NCBI RefSeq assembly: GCF_001194135.2
Contig: NC_068985.1
Coordinates: forward strand, 97,964,824-98,028,146
Origin: Octopus bimaculoides
Lineage: Eukaryota
Direction: 5' to 3'
DNA length: 63,323 nucleotides
Below are positions 27,900 through 39,213 of this stretch, in pieces. The position numbers and the translations under genes are program-made. The notes beneath the pieces were generated by a model. That model saw only the letters and a list, made by a program, of their open reading frames with translations. It was not told where the DNA came from and did not search any database. Positions within the stretch are counted from its first letter, which is position 1, and each line of letters begins with the position of its first letter.

Positions 27900-28340
27900 A
27901 GTGAAACGTTGCAACTGAGTGAAGGCTAAACTATCTCAGCAATACGAGATAATTTGGAGATGGAAAATATAGTCGAAGGATCTTTTGGTTTTCATAACTA
28001 AAACAATCCTTCGACTAATTGTGGGTTCAAACAAATTCTAGAAAGAGAGAACAATTAGGAACTTCTAAGCGGTAACATAGTACGAACCTAGACGAAAAAT
28101 AAAAATTGAAATAAAAAGATTTGAAAACATGTCAGATTGCAGAATAGTTAGAAAGTTGTTTGACTCTACATCACATAATCAAGAGAAAACATATGAGTCA
28201 TTTTGAGGCATGAGAGGAGATTTGATTGAATGCTCAAGTTTTGAATTTTGTGTGAGAGGCGGTTTGACGATAAAATAGTCTTAAGTCCGATGCTAAGAGT
28301 AGCAGAATCAGCATTTTGTATCTATGTTATGCAGGTGTCA
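27900..28340 (-). mobile_element. Very degenerate CR1/Jockey-like RT fragment
   Basis: SNRLSHKIQNLSIQSNLLSCLK resembles the RT segment H.RLL.KL...GI.G.LL.WI. Confidence 0.3.
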
Positions 28341-30471
28341 AGTTGCACTAGTAATGTTATTACTACTTTTAAGATGGCTCCGACCAAGACCTCAGAGTGA
28401 ATTTTTACTCATGTCTGCATTTTTCTAGTAACTCCGTTTTTCAATTAAGGTAGACATCTATTTTCCCAGAGTGCTTCAAAATTAGCCTTTCCTCAACAGT
28501 GCATGAATCACTATTTTTGCTCCCGTTCTTATATGGTCTGGATTTTCCCAGTATTCTCTATTTCACATTGTGATTAAAGGACAATACTTTCAGCGACCAC
28601 ATGTAAACACAGAACTTGATCGCACGACGTCCTTTGGTATTCCGGAAGTTAGACAGATTATTGAGATAGCGTACTTTGAATTTAACTTCAGTCATTCCTT
28701 AATATCGTTAGGTTTTCTTGAGTGGGATTTAAATGCTCAGCTTATTGGTGGATAACTACTTTGGTGTTATATGATCCGTTTAGGGTAGATAACTACTTGA
28801 TAGCTAACTATTTTGGTGTTATATGATCCATTCAGGGAGCGCTTAGTGATGTTTCTACATGAACAGCTTTATTCAGATGCCTTTGCGGTTCTACAAGACA
28901 TACAGTTTTTTCACGTTTGAGGTGAATCTGTAACTCAACTTAAGGGTGTGACTGTTAAATATATTATTAGATTTCTGGTCGAGGAATCATGCCCTTAAAG
29001 CATAACGCTCGAGAATATATTTAAATATATAAATAGTTGAATATCTTATCTTTTGATGAAGAAAAGAATTTTTGGCAAAGCAACTCCTTATTACAATAAC
29101 GTGCTAAATGCTAATGGTTTCAAAGATAAAACAAATCATATTCCTAACAATGTAACTAATTCCTTAAAAAAAAAAACATAAATAGAAAGAGGGTGCGTTA
29201 TAATGGGTTCGTCCCACCTTTTGTCTCAATGTAAAGTTTAAAAAGTTCATGGATTAGTTATGTTTTATAAAAAATAACTTAATTATCCAAGTTGTAAAAT
29301 CATCTCCTTCGAAATAGTCACCTTGCGCAGCAATACAATCAACAACAGGGTATTTTTGTTTGTATGTATGCATGCATGCATGTATGTATGTATGTATGTA
29401 TGTATGTATGTATGTATGTATGTATGTATGTGCAGATTTGTATGTTCTATGTATGTATTCTCATGCATATAGTTATATATCTAGACATGCTCATCTATAT
29501 TCAAATGATAAATTTCTGGAAAGTTTTGCAGATTTTTACAGTTCCAGTGGTGGATTGGATCTATAATCTTCGAATTAGCTTTATCCTTTCTGGTTTTGAG
29601 ATGCCTAATTTCACAAAATTAGCATTTAGGCAGTGTGTTACATATCCCAGGGCCCCTAAACTTGCAATCTGGATAGAGTAACTGCATATATCTCAGTAGT
29701 TCAGCGTAGGTGTTCTCTTTCTCAGTAATCTTCAGCTTTATGTTAACATCCGTTGGGCAGCTAATTTCCACAACTGTGCACAGTTTCTCTTCTCTGTCCT
29801 AAATCCATTATATCAGGTCTGTTGTGCTTACATTTTATTGATGTATGTATATATGTATGCATGTACGTACGTATGTATGTGTGAATATATATANNNNNNN
29901 NNNNNNNNNNNNNNNNNNNNNNNNNNNNNNNNNNNNNNNNNNNNNNNNNNNNNNNNNNNNNNNNNNNNNNNNNNNNNNNNNNNNNNNNNNNNNNNNNNNN
30001 NNNNNNNNNNNNNNNNNNNNNNNNNNNNNNNNNNNNNNNNNNNNNNNNNNNNNNNNNNNNNNNNNNNNNNNNNNNNNNNNNNNNNNNNNNNNNNNNNNNN
30101 NNNNNNNNNNNNNNNNNNNNNNNNNNNNNNNNNNNNNNNNNNNNNNNNNNNNNNNNNNNNNNNNNNNNNNNNNNNNNNNNNNNNNNNNNNNNNNNNNNNN
30201 NNNNNNNNNNNNNNNNNNNNNNNNNNNNNNNNNNNNNNNNNNNNNNNNNNNNNNNNNNNNNNNNNNNNNNNNNNNNNNNNNNNNNNNNNNNNNNNNNNNN
30301 NNNNNNNNNNNNNNNNNNNNNNNNNNNNNNNNNNNNNNNNNNNNNNNNNNNNNNNNNNNNNNNNNNNNNNNNNNNNNNNNNNNNNNNNNNNNNNNNNNNN
30401 NNNNNNNNNNNNNNNNNNNNNNNNNNNNNNNNNNNNNNNNNNNNNNNNNNNNNNNNNNNNNNNNNNNNNNN

Positions 30472-30522
<51 letters not shown>

Positions 30523-31211
30523 CATCTCTGTCTGGCTGTCTGTCTCTTTTTCTCCACCCTGCCTGTCTCTCTTCTCTCTCTCTTGTACAAGTACCATTTC
30601 TGTTCACTAAGTCAGGAGACATGAAAAAGTATTTTTTTCCAGTCTGTCCTTTTAAAAATCTTTTTATAGAATATCTAACATTTTAATGTGCATTGCTTAT
30701 TTCTTTCTTGTTATTGCAGCTGATAATGCTGTTGTAATCATTTGTGAGGGATTTAACTGCTATTTCTAGCAAGTGGAGCAACGACATAACCCCTCCTCCT
30801 CATTAACTCGTCATATTGTTACTGTTGGTCTGTCTGTCTTCTTTGTTTGAATCTGCTTCTGCCTATTTAACTTTCCAACGTTGATGAAGATTTCACACAA
30901 TCAATTTTGGTATCTTTGTTGCAAAGCCAGATCTATCGACTGAAAATCGTTCACTCTACTTTCCAATCAATCAACATACAGACAGAAACCACGTGGTCAC
31001 AGGTGTAATGGTGTGTGTGTGTGTGCGTGTGTTGTATGAGTGTGCCTGTGTTAGTTAAGTTTCTTAATGTGTTCGTACCCGTGCGTGTATGTCTGTGGAA
31101 ATAAGAAACATTATACGTGGACGGACGTATTTTTCAGTGTGATGTGACTTAGTAAAAGCGAAAATAGGCCGAGAGAAGATATATGAATACGTGTGCTTGG
31201 TTGCAGGTGTG

Positions 31212-31267
<56 letters not shown>

Positions 31268-31358
31268 GAGAGTGAAATAGGGTGAGAGTGAATCTGCGTG
31301 TGTATTTCCTGTATGCAAATATGCATCTGCACATGCTTGTATGCGCGTATATACATAC

Positions 31359-31403
<45 letters not shown>

Positions 31404-31979
31404 GATTGTGAGAGAGGGGGAGAGAGAGAAAGAGAGGGAGAGAGAGGGAGAAATAGAGAGAGAGAGAGAAAGATGAGTGAATGCTCATATGTGGATGACT
31501 ATGAATGAATGTTTCTGTGACTTTGTATATGTATATGTGTATACCTGTATGTAAAAGTAGGTGTATGTATATTTGCATTACGCGTATAATGTGCGTGCTC
31601 ATGCGTGTCTATATGTGTGTGTATGTGTGTGTGTGTGTGTGTATGTGTGTGTGCGCGCGCTACTAAGTGTGTATCTAAATGCATATACGCATGTATGTTT
31701 GCATATAGGTATGTATATGAATGAAAAAATGGATGCATATGTGTGCGTGCGCGTGTGTATGTGTTGGTGTATGTATGTGTGTATGTATGCATGTATGTAT
31801 ATATGTATGTATGCATGCATGTATGAATGTAGAAACTGTTGTGTCTGACTACCTTATTCGATAGGAAGCTTTGTTATAGTGATGTTGCAGCTGCAATTGC
31901 TGCNNNNNNNNNNATAGGAAGCTTTGTTATAGTGATGTTGCAGCTGCAATTGCTGCTATTGATGATGATGATGATGATA

Positions 31980-32027
<48 letters not shown>

Positions 32028-32204
32028 GTGATTGATAATGATGATGATGATGTTGATGATGTCGACTATGTTATTGGCACTGGCTAATATTGGCAGAAAA
32101 GTCGGGTAATATTATTGCTGTTTTCTATTGGTTGCATTGGCAGTGAATAGTGGCGGGTTTTTCCTGACTGGGAAGTTAATTACATTCAAAATTGACGATG
32201 GCCA

Positions 32205-32273
<69 letters not shown>

Positions 32274-32647
32274 ACGGAAGAAATACCGTGCAAGGAATTT
32301 GATACCATCTTAATGTAATATACAATTGTCGTTTATAATGCTAAATATTCATATCGATGTAAAATATATATATCAATTTGGAAGGTTAAAATTAATAATG
32401 CTACAAGAAGAATATTACGAAACGGCTGTAATCATATGAAAATCTTATGGAAATAATGTTCTATATTTACTTCTCATACCTCCTGGTTTGATGATTGTTA
32501 TTGACTCCTCGAGAAAATATTTACTGCTTGTATGCCCTGGATTGTCGGTTGCATGGGCAAGTTAAACTATTCTGCGAACAGATAACTGATTCCTTGTGGA
32601 AAGTTGTAAGGCTTTTCCCATATCGAAGTTCGATAAGCTGATAAAAG

Positions 32648-32845
32648 TTTTATAGTTCACGGTTAGCAACCGAGGTTGCTATGAATGCGAATAAAAATCC
32701 AAATTGAGTGAGTAGAGCAGGTTAAATCCTGGCTACATATGTTTCCTAGTTTGCAGATCCACGGAAGTAAAATTACACAACGAGGGGCTCTCCACTACCT
32801 ACTCATCAGGCCGAAGATACCTTAGTTAAATGAAGGTTACATTGT
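32648..32845 (-). mobile_element. Dispersed ~200-bp non-coding element carrying a hammerhead ribozyme, copy 1
   Basis: Homologous to 38348-38940; begins tttTATAGTTCACGGTTAGCAAC with an 8-bp hairpin; contains the hammerhead on the minus strand. Confidence 0.7.
32728..32816 (-). ncRNA. Type I hammerhead ribozyme (copy 1; C11.1 mutated to G)
   Basis: CUUCGGC-CUGAUGA-GUAG...CUAG-GAA-ACAUAUGU-A-GCCAGG; palindromic helix III ACAUAUGU; GUA triplet; bulged helix I. Confidence 0.7.
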
Positions 32846-32939
32846 CGTTAAGGAATTCTAAGTTAACTTGCCGGAGATATAATTTAAAGTGAGTGGTGAA
32901 GCCGGAAGAACGGAGTTAAAAGACAAAATAGAAAAACAT

Positions 32940-33330
32940 ATGTTTGATCCTGCGACTGCACTCTCTGATCAGATAGCCTTTTCACCGACGTTGCTGCAAG
33001 ACTATATTGTGAAGTTTGGGGCGCGACCACATTACGAATGAAGAAGTCTTTGAAAGGGTCGTCTTGAGAACTAACAGAATGCCATCATCATGCGACACGG
33101 AAGACGCTCGGCCGTATGTTACTCAAGCCCTTACAAAGACCTGTTAGATCCTCTTTCGAGAGGAAACCAGAAAGGGGAGGCGAAGTAGACGCATCAAGAT
33201 CTGGATGGGGACTGTGAAAGAGAGTCTGGCAGATATGGATCTTTTATGGAAACTAGTTCATGACAGAGTTTGTGACCGTTGCTGGGTAGAGATCTCTCGT
33301 TGCTCAAATTGCCATCGGGTGCTGGAAGAA
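32940..33330 (+). mobile_element. RTE-clade LINE 3' tail, degenerate
   Basis: ...DHITNEEVFERV... and RKGRRSRRIKIWMGTVKESLADM...W-like C-terminus in mixed frames. Confidence 0.6.
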
Positions 33331-34044
33331 CTAGTACACACATGCGCGCGCACATGCGTACGCATACATACATAAAATACATACACATGCACGCACACAC
33401 ATATGTGTCTGCAAGCATACACGCACATACACACATGTACGTACTAGCAAATGCGCATTAACATACATAACAACATAATACATATATACGTACATACATA
33501 CATGCATACATACATACATACATACATACATACATACATACATACATACGTACGTACGTACATATACCAGGCATACATTTTCAGATATACATTTACACAC
33601 ATGTATATATACACACATATACATACACACACATTATNNNNNNNNNNNNNNNNNNNNNNNNNNNNNNNNNNNNNNNNNNNNNNNNNNNNNNNNNNNNNNN
33701 NNNNNNNNNNNNNNNNNNNNNNNNNNNNNNNNNNNNNNNNNNNNNNNNNNNNNNNNNNNNNNNNNNNNNNNNNNNNNNNNNNNNNNNNNNNNNNNNNNNN
33801 NNNNNNNNNNNNNNNNNNNNNNNNNNNNNNNNNNNNNNNNNNNNNNNNNNNNNNNNNNNNNNNNNNNNNNNNNNNNNNNNNNNNNNNNNNNNNNNNNNNN
33901 NNNNNNNNNNNNNNNNNNNNNNNNNNNNNNNNNNNNNNNNNNNNNNNNNNNNNNNNNNNNNNNNNNNNNNNNNNNNNNNNNNNNNNNNNNNNNNNNNNNN
34001 NNNNNNNNNNNNNNNNNNNNNNNNNNNNNNNNNNNNNNNNNNNN

Positions 34045-34106
<62 letters not shown>

Positions 34107-34304
34107 CCTCTGATTATTTACTCATTCAATCATTTCACTACTCAATCGTTTAACCATTATTTATTCTTATTCTCAATGAATCACTCAGAAATTCAATAAG
34201 CCCTTCATTCCTTTACTCACCCTCACAGTTACACACTCATCTAGCCACATCATGAAATCAAACTCATATTTCATATAACTAACACATACCACCCATCACA
34301 AGGT

Positions 34305-34775
34305 CCAGCCCTTGTTGCAGTGTCGTAGCTGGTGTACCTCAATGACCCCCGAGTGCTATACCAGTGAAGTGCAAAATCCTTGTAAGGCCTACCATACTGA
34401 ACAGGTCAAAGGACAGAGGCTAGACTAATATGGGCCGCCTCTTCCCAGAAGTAAAAATGGGTTTGCAAAGGACCAACAACCCCACCTAATAAGAAACAGA
34501 GTTACAAAAGCATCTGTGATAACCCATAACCAGCAAGTCGGAGGAGAGAAAGATCTTCCCACAGGTACACGTCCGGCTCTGACCTGGAACCCAGGAGGGA
34601 AGCGGGAGAGAGAGTTCTCTAAAAATAGCAGGAAGCGAGTTAATAAGGCAGAGCTGAAAAACGGGGATCCATCTGGAGAGAAGCAAGAAAGACATCCCAG
34701 AATCTAGAACAGTAAGGAAAAGTCGCAGATGGCCTGTACTCCATAAGGAACGAAGGACTTCAGTAAAGTAGTTAG
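34305..34775 (+). mobile_element. Internally deleted (bipartite) RTE element: 5' UTR/ORF start fused to the 3' end
   Basis: The 5' part matches 7755-7975; junction near 34580 leads into LTWNPGGKRER...KNS.KRVNKAEL...DGLYSIRNEGLQ* and an (agta)-type tail. Confidence 0.65.
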
Positions 34776-34954
34776 TTAATACATATCACAGATGAGTTTT
34801 TTTTTTAAGAATCAGATTATAAGCCAGTCCTTAAAGGAATATTGGATTCTGATTTCCATAAAACAAACTTTGTAGTACTTCAGACACAATGAAAATCTAC
34901 CATTACCATCTATCCTGCGTGGTTTTCTAATGTCATTCTAATTCAAACTCTCAG

Positions 34955-35076
34955 GCTCCTTAAGATCAGTTCATTCTGTTGAAAATATTGGACCAAGCGC
35001 CGGTCAAGAGAAAAATCTACTCTTCCATGCTTGTTTCACTAACAGGAGTCGTCTGCTTGCCTTTGAGGTATCAGTA
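34955..35076 (+). CDS. Candidate 122-nt exon, unrecognised
   Basis: ctctcag| acceptor, open frame SLRSVHSVENIGPSAGQEKNLLFHACFTNRSRLLAFEVSV, donor GTAAGT at 35077. Confidence 0.15.
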
Positions 35077-35365
35077 GTAAGTATATTCAAGAAACAGATC
35101 ATAACTGGATAGTTAACGGCTCGAACCCGTTGAAACATTTCCGAAATCTGAATCATTAGCTAACGCAAACTCTCGCATTCTTCCTTAATTCGGAACTGCT
35201 GCTCTTCTACACTCGCAAGTTTCAGGTCACGAATGCTACTCCACTTACGACATACCAAAGTAGTGGTTACAGATAATCTCAAGATCTTGGTTTCATCTTT
35301 CTCTTTCTCTACAATAAAGTCTAAAAAGAAACAAAACATGACTATGACTTTGTATATAGTCATGT

Positions 35366-36075
35366 TTTGTCTTTTCCTCTTTCATACATCAATTTCAATT
35401 CTATTTTCGACAATCCACCAATCTTAAAAACTCACTTCCCCAGCTTGTTCCGAAGTAGGCCAGCGGCGCCAATTCTGTATTATCGCTCTTTCTGCGTCAT
35501 GTGACAGTCAAATTCTGCCTCCACAACGAATAACAATAAATTACTGAATTCATTATTTATACCAACATACATAGCCCCAACTCAAAGCAAAATTCAACCA
35601 TTACATCTTTTTTTAGCCCTAGGACTAGTGAGGCCAGTCACCTGGTTTCCAAGGTGTATAAGTAACCGAGATCGCAACATTCCCCTTGAACGGGATGCTG
35701 GTCCGTTGCAGTGTTTAAGACGAGCAGTTTTGACTGGTACTTTACTTTATCGACCTTGAAAGGATGAAAAGCAAAGTTGACCATGGCGATATTTGAACTA
35801 AGAGCGTAAAGAATCAGAAGAAATACCACTAAGCATTTTGTCCAAAGTGCCATCGATTCCATCAACTTGCCGCCTTAACCACTACATCTGAGTAACTGGA
35901 AATTTTTTTCTGTCTTTTCCTCTTTCATACATCAATTTCAATTCTATTTTCGACAATCCACCAATCTTAAAAACTCACTTCCCCAGCTTCTTCCGAAGTA
36001 GGCCAGCGGCGCCAATTCTCTCTTATCGCTCTTTCTGCGTCATGTGCCAGTCAAATTCCGCCTCCACAACGAATA
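35366..36075. repeat. Direct duplication of about 165 bp (35366-35530 and 35910-36075) around a SINE B fragment
   Basis: Near-identical tcttttcctctttcatacatc...gcctccacaacgaata in both copies. Confidence 0.9.
35700..35880 (-). mobile_element. SINE family B, diverged
   Basis: tttatcgaccttgaaaggatgaaaagcaaagttgacc...atttgaact...ttgccgcctt. Confidence 0.75.
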
Positions 36076-37225
36076 CTGGAATTTGAAGCAAGGACAACAA
36101 AACTCTAGCATATACTCTTAGAGATCAGTTTACTCTTTACTAAGCTCAAGTAACACGCAGACACGTTGGTGGATTGCTCCCATATGTGATATGTGAGACA
36201 ATGCATGCTGCTTACTGCTGCATATACAAACATTCTAAACTGCATAAACAAAGAGGCAGTCTAGCTGATTCAGTAAAAATTTATTCACCAGCACATCATG
36301 ACTGGCTTTCTTAGAGAGATTATGAGATTGATTCACTGCTTACTGCGCTATCGAACCAGCGAGGAAACCACTACTTAGTCGCTGTACCTGTTAGAAACAA
36401 CTGCCATATATTCTTCATAGAATTAAATATTTCTTTAATTAAATACTTTGTTTAACTGTCTTTTTAAAAAGGTCACATTAGATAACGTATTCCTACATAC
36501 ACTGTGTTGCAAAAATTGGGAAGGTCAAGGCAGAGCGCCTTTGATCATAGGCTTAACCGATCAATAATCTTTTTTTAAAAGCTCACATTGAAAGTATATA
36601 CCCTCAGTTACACTGTGTTCGAAAAGAATTGGGATGGCCATGTTTAAGCACCGTTGATTTAAGGTTTATTGAATCAGAGCTGACCTAAAACTAAACAACA
36701 CCAACGATTCATTTTTTTTCTTTCAGATATAGCATACGTAAGACTACTCTGTCCCGTTTGTCTTCCAGTTTTATATATAAACGACAATATATAGCGATTG
36801 AATAACAATTTGGCTTTTATTTCTCGCAGGTCTGGTGACTACATAGAGATTTCCTCTTTGACTATTCTCTTCCCAAACTTTTCCTTCTGAGTTACCAACA
36901 GAAGTTCGAAATAAGCATCAGCCTCGTCCACCTGTCAACACAGGTCGTGGTTACGAAGATCATGAGTTTTGTCACCTCGTCCTCTGCTTGATTAATATAT
37001 ACATAATAGTGTTAAAAACAGAATATATCAGCGGTAGACAAAAATCGTCCACACAGAAGACAAAAATAGTAGGAATTTCGTATAACACTTCTACGTTCAT
37101 AGCACACATAGGAGACGTAGTCATGAAAGCTAAAAGTCGCATTTAAACTGTAAGAGTGCTTGCAACTCCCATTTTGGTTGATGCAAAGAAACAACAACCT
37201 CAGAGTACATACAATATATATTCTT

Positions 37226-38025
37226 TAAAGCGGTGAGCTGGCAGAAACGTTAGCACACCGGGCGAAAGGCTTAGCGGTATTTCGTCTGCCGTTACGTCCT
37301 GAGTTCAGATTCTGCCGAGGTCGACTTTGCCTTTCATCCTTTCAGGATTGATTAAATAAGTACCAGTTACGCACTGGGGGTCGATGCAATCGACTTAATC
37401 TCTTTGTCTGTCCTTGTTTGTTCCCACTATGTTTAGCCCCCTGTGGGCAATAAAGAAATAAATATATTATATACTTTAAGGCGGCGAACTGGCAGAAACG
37501 TTAGCACGCTGGGCAAAATGCTTAGCGGTATTTCGTCTGTCTTTACGTTCTGAGTTCCATTTCCACCGAGGTCGATTTTGCCTTTCATCCTTTCGGGGTC
37601 GATAAATTAAGTACTAGCTGCGTACNNNNNNNNNNNNNNNNNNNNNNNNNNNNNNNNNNNNNNNNNNNNNNNNNNNNNNNNNNNNNNNNNNNNNNNNNNN
37701 NNNNNNNNNNNNNNNNNNNNNNNNNNNNNNNNNNNNNNNNNNNNNNNNNNNNNNNNNNATGTTTAGCCCCCTGTGGGCAATAAAGAAATAAATATATTAT
37801 ATACTTTAAGGCGGCGAACTGGCAGAAACGTTAGCACGCTGGGCAAAATGCTTAGCGGTATTTCGTCTGTCTTTACGTTCTGAGTTCCATTTCCACCGAG
37901 GTCGATTTTGCCTTTCATCCTTTCGGGGTCGATAAATTAAGTACTAGCTGCGTACTTGGGGCGATCTAATCGACTGACACCCTCCCCCGAAAATTTCGGG
38001 CCTTGTGCCTAGAGTAGAAAAGAAT
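37226..38025 (+). mobile_element. SINE family B tandem copies (part duplicated across the gap)
   Basis: Repeated aaggcggcgaactggcagaaacgttagcacg heads with two tail variants. Confidence 0.85.
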
Positions 38026-38393
38026 GTTATATTCTTTGTTGATGATAGTCCTTCATAGGGCCCTAATTTCTTCCAAACAAACCATAAAGCGCACAAAATA
38101 GATTAGTTCCCAACCACAAGACCGCTTGTACAACGTAGCAAAACACTGAAAATACTACCTCAGCATGCGAGAGGCACTGCTTATTGTTGCAGAAAGTTTA
38201 ATTCTCATCGGTCTTGACACCGTGTGTATAATGACCTTAACTCCTTGACACACCTATGAAACCCTCCTTAGAGCAATATCTCTCTCGCTCATGTCCAGAC
38301 AAATCTTAAACAAAACTACAAAATTACTGGTTGCGTTAATAATCTCATTTCATAGTTCACGGTTAGCAACAGAAGTTGTTGTATATGCGAATA

Positions 38394-38788
38394 TTGTTGT
38401 TGTTGTTGTTGGCACTCCGTCGTTTACGACGTCGAGGGTTCCAGTTGACCCAATCAACGGAACAGCCTGCTCGTGAAATTAACGTGCAAATGGCTGAGTA
38501 TTCCATAGACACGTGTACCCTTAACGTAGTTCTCAGGGATATTCAGCGTGACACAGTGTGACAAGGCTGACCCTTTGAATTACAGGCACAACAGAAACAG
38601 GAAGAAAGAGTGAGAGAAAGTTGTGGTGAAAGAGTACAGCAGGGTTCGCCACTATTCCTTGCCGGAGCCTCGTGGAACTTTAGGTGTTTTCGCTCAATAA
38701 ACACACACAACGCCCGGTCTGGGAATCGAAACCGCGATCCTATGATCGCGAGTCCGCTGCCCTAACCACTGGGCCATTGCGCCTCCAC
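38394..38788 (-). mobile_element. SINE family C, full length with (AAC)n tail and 11-bp TSD
   Basis: TSD ATATGCGAATA at 38383-38393 and 38789-38799; head ggaggcgcaatggcccagtggttaggg. Confidence 0.92.
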
Positions 38789-38834
38789 ATATGCGAATAA
38801 ACATCTAAAAATTAGGGAATTGAGTAGATAAAAT

Positions 38835-38919
38835 CCAGGCTACAAATATTTCGTAGCTAGTGGAACCTCGGAAGTAGTAAATTATCCATACGAGGGGCAA
38901 CCTACTCATCAGGCCAAGG
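38835..38919 (-). ncRNA. Type I hammerhead ribozyme (copy 2; catalytic core intact)
   Basis: CCUUGGC-CUGAUGA-GUAG...CUAC-GAA-AUAUUUGU-A-GCCUGG; helix II GUAG/CUAC extended by CCUCG/CGAGG; GUA triplet; predicted cut between 38841 and 38840. Confidence 0.75.
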
Positions 38920-39213
38920 TTACCTTGATTATATGAAGTTTAGTTTCAAGGTTAACTGTTAATGTTTATATATATATACATACATATATATGTGTGTGCG
39001 TGTGTGCGTGCATACAAGATATTTACTAGTGTAACCTAAGACGAAAAAAGTCAAAAGTCACAAAGTCAAGCTACATATGTATCACTTGCCGGACACGTAT
39101 CACAGATTACACGAAGTATATCTGTTATTTTTCGTCAAAATTAATACTTGTCTAGTGGGAAATTTGTTGTGTATATATTGTGTGTATGTTTCAAACGCAG
39201 TATCAGCTACAGT

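Larger units (their letters stand above)
38348..38940 (-). mobile_element. Hammerhead-carrying element, copy 2, split by a SINE C insertion
   Basis: tttCATAGTTCACGGTTAGCAAC left end; resumes after the SINE (atgcgaataa...cctactcatcaggcc...atgaag). Confidence 0.7.

Noticed and set aside
37419-37955. Identical ~207-bp repeat either side of an N gap (similar cases at 31861-31963, 48980-49060 and 13540-14040)
   Set aside because: Typical scaffolding overlap artefact; not treated as a real tandem duplication.
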